From NCBI GenBank assembly GCA_965261545.1, contig CBDHDF010000002.1, positions 704,001-768,000 of the forward strand: 64,000 bases of DNA, read 5' to 3'. Within the stretch, counting starts at the first letter, position 1, and the number at the start of each line of letters is the position of its first letter. A program made the translations under genes and the position numbers. Below are positions 61,140-64,000 of this stretch, in pieces. The stretch is from Bdellovibrionales bacterium (GTDB lineage: Bacteria > Bdellovibrionota > Bdellovibrionia > Bdellovibrionales > UBA1609). The notes under the pieces were generated by a model, which was not told the origin of the DNA, did not search any database, and saw nothing but the letters and a program-made list of their open reading frames with translations.

Positions 61140-63482
61140 TTATTTCGAGGCATATCTTTGGTGTAAATCTATTCCCATCGCAAGGCTGTACTTGAGTTCG
61201 GCAAGTCGAACATTGGATTTTGCTTGGAGGAAGCTGAGTGTGGCTTGTTCACTGGCCAGTTGAAGGCGATAAATCTCAGAGCTACCCACAATTCCCAATT
61301 GGTAGCTTTGACTTACGGATTGGAGAGCTTGTTGTGCTTTCTTATGCCACTTTTGAATTTGCTCCAAGCGATAGAGACTTGAAGTGTAATTCGAAATACT
61401 TTCTCTGAGTTCTAGTTCTATATTTCGCTCCCATTGAAGTTGTTTCTTTTGAGCCGACTCAATATCTTTTTGGCTCGCTCTTTTGATATAGGTGGATGAA
61501 AATCCTGAAAATAAAGGAATCTTTGCCTTTAAAAAGAAAGATTTATTATTGGTCTGACTATCGCCAAGTTCATGGAAGGCTGTGCTTTTAAAGCCCCAAA
61601 GGGCTGTTAAGGAAAGTGAGGGTCGAGTTTCAGATAACCTGACTTTTTTTTGCTCTCTAGCTCTTTGGATTTGGATGTTGGCTTGCTGAAGTTCGGGTCT
61701 TTGCTGTTTGGCCACAATGAGCATGGAGTGGAGTTGGGAGGGATTGAAATCAGAAATAAGAGGTGTGGTCGTCTTATCATTAGTATTAGTATTCATATTC
61801 GTATTCGCACTGGCGTTTGCATTGGAATTATGATGATAAGTATGAGGCTTATCTAGGGACCACTGCACTTTTAAGGCTTCATGGGGTTTCATGTTTAAAT
61901 AAACTTTTATTTGATTGAGGAGAACGCTGTGATTTTCTTTAAGTTGGTCGATGCGTGGAATAAAAGACAGAGCTTCACCCTCTGCCTGTTGCAATTCGTA
62001 GATTTGAGCAATGCCTTTTTTATACCTCTTGCGAGTGAGCCTTAAAAATTTCTTTTGTGTTTTTTGAGATTTTTTAATAATATCTACTTGACCTTGAAGA
62101 CTTAAGAGTTGGATGACGTCTCCTATAATTTGAGCCACTTCTTTTTGTTGTAGGGCCACAAGCCTCCACTTGGATTCCCAGTGGTCCAGTTGTTTGACTT
62201 TGTACCCACTTCGGATACTTCCTCCCATGTAGATGGGTTGCTCCCATTGAAGTTCCCATGTATGGAGTTCTTGACGGGCGAAGCCTGAAAGATTGGGAAT
62301 TCCAAAGGCCGCTAGGGGAGAGTGGCTCTTTTGGAATTGGCTGGAGAGGGAAATCTCTGGCCACGTAAGGGATCTAGCCCAACGGACATTCCAAGAAGCC
62401 GCTTTCTCTTGGCTCTCTGCTGCCGCTATGGTGGGGTTGAATTCCAGAAAGCGTTCAATGAGCTGAGGGAGGTTGTAGGAAAAACTTTGGGATGGGCTTT
62501 CCGGGCTTTGTATCTTTTGGACAGTACTCAGGACCGTTTTTTGAATGGTATTCTTGGCCGTTCTCTGAAAGGTACTCTGAGCAGCCGCTTGGACAAGTGT
62601 TGGCCAGGTCCACATGGATAATATGGTGGTGAATAACAATATGGCCCATACAACCCCCATGATGAGGGTCATGATGGGGATGGATTCGTGGATGACTTTA
62701 AGGGCTTTGTGGATCATCGAGGATATTTCCTTGAATTCTTGTGGCTTTAACTGCTTAGTTTCTTCGTTCATGTAGAGAGTTCGATTGAGTTCCACTTGGA
62801 GAGCGTGCTGCCCTTTGGTGGGGTGTCCGTAGATTTGGGTGATGCGCCCCCCTTTGTAGGGCCAATTTGTAGCGACTTCAAACCCAGCTTTTTTATAGGC
62901 ATGGACCACAAGTTCTGTGTAATTGGGCTCACAACTGGTACCATCCACATCGCTGACCACCACTTGGGCTCGCCCTTGTCCTGGGTCTCTGTGGGCAGAA
63001 GTTCCCATGGATGGCATACTGTGGGCATCCAGTTGGTAGACCTTGGTGTGATTCTGAGCCTTAAGCTGTGCGTAACAATTTTGAATTTTGTGATGAAAGG
63101 GCCAGTAATAGTTTTGGACGATCCTTTGGTGGAGTTCCTTGGAAATGGGCTTTTTCATAAGCTTTTGTCCACGGGTTGTTTGTGACCAATGAAGGCCTGT
63201 GGTAAAGCTTCCCGATTTGTGGGGGGCACCAGTCACGGAGTCACTATCGATGTCGTCGGGGTGGCGATTGAGATCCACCGCATAGCGGTGCCACTGAGTC
63301 AAAACATGAGTGATATGAAGTTCTTCCATGGCTGGCTTGTAGAGGAGGTCTACAAAGCGATCTGCATCACACATGATCAGGGGTTCCTCCAGCCCTTGGA
63401 GCCAGGGGGCTTCTTTGGGAATTTCTTCTCCCGAGTGGGGCACAGAGATAAAAAATGGCTTTTTAGATTTTATAGGTTTCAT
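61140..63482 (-). CDS. N-formylglutamate amidohydrolase domain fused in frame to a TolC-family outer-membrane protein
   Basis: SVPHSG, VDLNR, DAHSMPS, PYKGGRIT, QVELNR; then signal/TM and TolC pattern (FNPTIAAA, WPEISL, QRPEL, IPLFSG, YQLG). Confidence 0.85.
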   Translation of the reverse strand: MKPIKSKKPFFISVPHSGEEIPKEAPWLQGLEEPLIMCDADRFVDLLYKPAMEELHITHVLTQWHRYAVDLNRHPDDIDSDSVTGAPHKSGSFTTGLHWSQTTRGQKLMKKPISKELHQRIVQNYYWPFHHKIQNCYAQLKAQNHTKVYQLDAHSMPSMGTSAHRDPGQGRAQVVVSDVDGTSCEPNYTELVVHAYKKAGFEVATNWPYKGGRITQIYGHPTKGQHALQVELNRTLYMNEETKQLKPQEFKEISSMIHKALKVIHESIPIMTLIMGVVWAILLFTTILSMWTWPTLVQAAAQSTFQRTAKNTIQKTVLSTVQKIQSPESPSQSFSYNLPQLIERFLEFNPTIAAAESQEKAASWNVRWARSLTWPEISLSSQFQKSHSPLAAFGIPNLSGFARQELHTWELQWEQPIYMGGSIRSGYKVKQLDHWESKWRLVALQQKEVAQIIGDVIQLLSLQGQVDIIKKSQKTQKKFLRLTRKRYKKGIAQIYELQQAEGEALSFIPRIDQLKENHSVLLNQIKVYLNMKPHEALKVQWSLDKPHTYHHNSNANASANTNMNTNTNDKTTTPLISDFNPSQLHSMLIVAKQQRPELQQANIQIQRAREQKKVRLSETRPSLSLTALWGFKSTAFHELGDSQTNNKSFFLKAKIPLFSGFSSTYIKRASQKDIESAQKKQLQWERNIELELRESISNYTSSLYRLEQIQKWHKKAQQALQSVSQSYQLGIVGSSEIYRLQLASEQATLSFLQAKSNVRLAELKYSLAMGIDLHQRYASK

Positions 63483-63587
63483 AGTTGCACTCTAGTAGGT
63501 ATCATTAACAGATCAACCGATCAACCATTCCACCTAACCATAGGCGTAGTTTCATCCACTGAGAAGAGAAGAGATAGATAGATAGCG

Positions 63588-64000
63588 ATGAAGATTTATA
63601 CCAAGCAGGGTGATGGGGGGCAGTCATCTCTTATAGGTGGTGAGCCTGTGCCTAAGTTCCATGAAAGGCTTCATGCCTATGGGAGTCTTGATGAACTCAA
63701 CTCTCTTTTGGGTGTAGTGCGATCTCAACTCACCGATTCAATGGTCGATGAAATGGATGGAGTGCTTTTGGTCATTCAAAACCACCTTTTTTCTCTAGGA
63801 AGTCACTTGGCTTGCGCTCATCCCAATTTTCGTGCAAAGTTACCTACCCTTGACTCCTGTGATGTGGCTTTCTTGGAGGAAGCCATTGACAAACATGAGG
63901 AGCAGCTTCCACCTATTCAGCAGTTTATTTTGCCAGGGGGACATGTGGTGGCCTCTCAAATGCATATGGCTCGCACGGTTTGTCGTCGTGCTGAAAGGGA
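63588..64000 (+). CDS. PduO/MMAB-type cob(I)alamin adenosyltransferase, cut by the window end
   Basis: MKIYTKQGDGGQSSLIGG, AYGSLDELNS, FILPGG, ARTVCRRAER. Absent from the ORF track because there is no stop in the window. Confidence 0.93.
   Translation, partial: MKIYTKQGDGGQSSLIGGEPVPKFHERLHAYGSLDELNSLLGVVRSQLTDSMVDEMDGVLLVIQNHLFSLGSHLACAHPNFRAKLPTLDSCDVAFLEEAIDKHEEQLPPIQQFILPGGHVVASQMHMARTVCRRAER

Overview
A mostly housekeeping stretch of bacterial chromosome. Gene content suggests Bdellovibrionota: short AroC, VKOR-DsbA fusion, RxPAS-motif secreted proteins and Cys/Gly-rich orphans. This assignment is inference. Core genes are argS, pdp, a purine-nucleoside phosphorylase, topA, dnaK, trpS, purSQLF, icmF, tRNA-fMet, mltA, valS, aroC and a cut-off cobalamin adenosyltransferase. 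Accessory content: (1) three DUF285/BspA-like surface-protein genes built from one Ig-like + PKD + 22-aa-repeat module, one with five modules; (2) a GC-rich DUF1611 + PLP-racemase operon with its own sigma70 promoter and a ~220-nt structured leader; (3) a complete IS256-family element (19981-21869, terminal inverted repeats, 8-bp target duplication) carrying ~585 bp of non-coding cargo with a repeat-spacer-repeat hairpin; (4) a toxin-antitoxin micro-island with IS3 scars between two 693/694-bp direct repeats that duplicate the icmF 3' end, where the full-length icmF is frameshifted and the orphan copy keeps the frame; (5) an in-frame formylglutamate amidohydrolase-TolC fusion. No CRISPR array, cas gene, rRNA or reverse transcriptase was seen. 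All calls come from reading the sequence; no database search was run.
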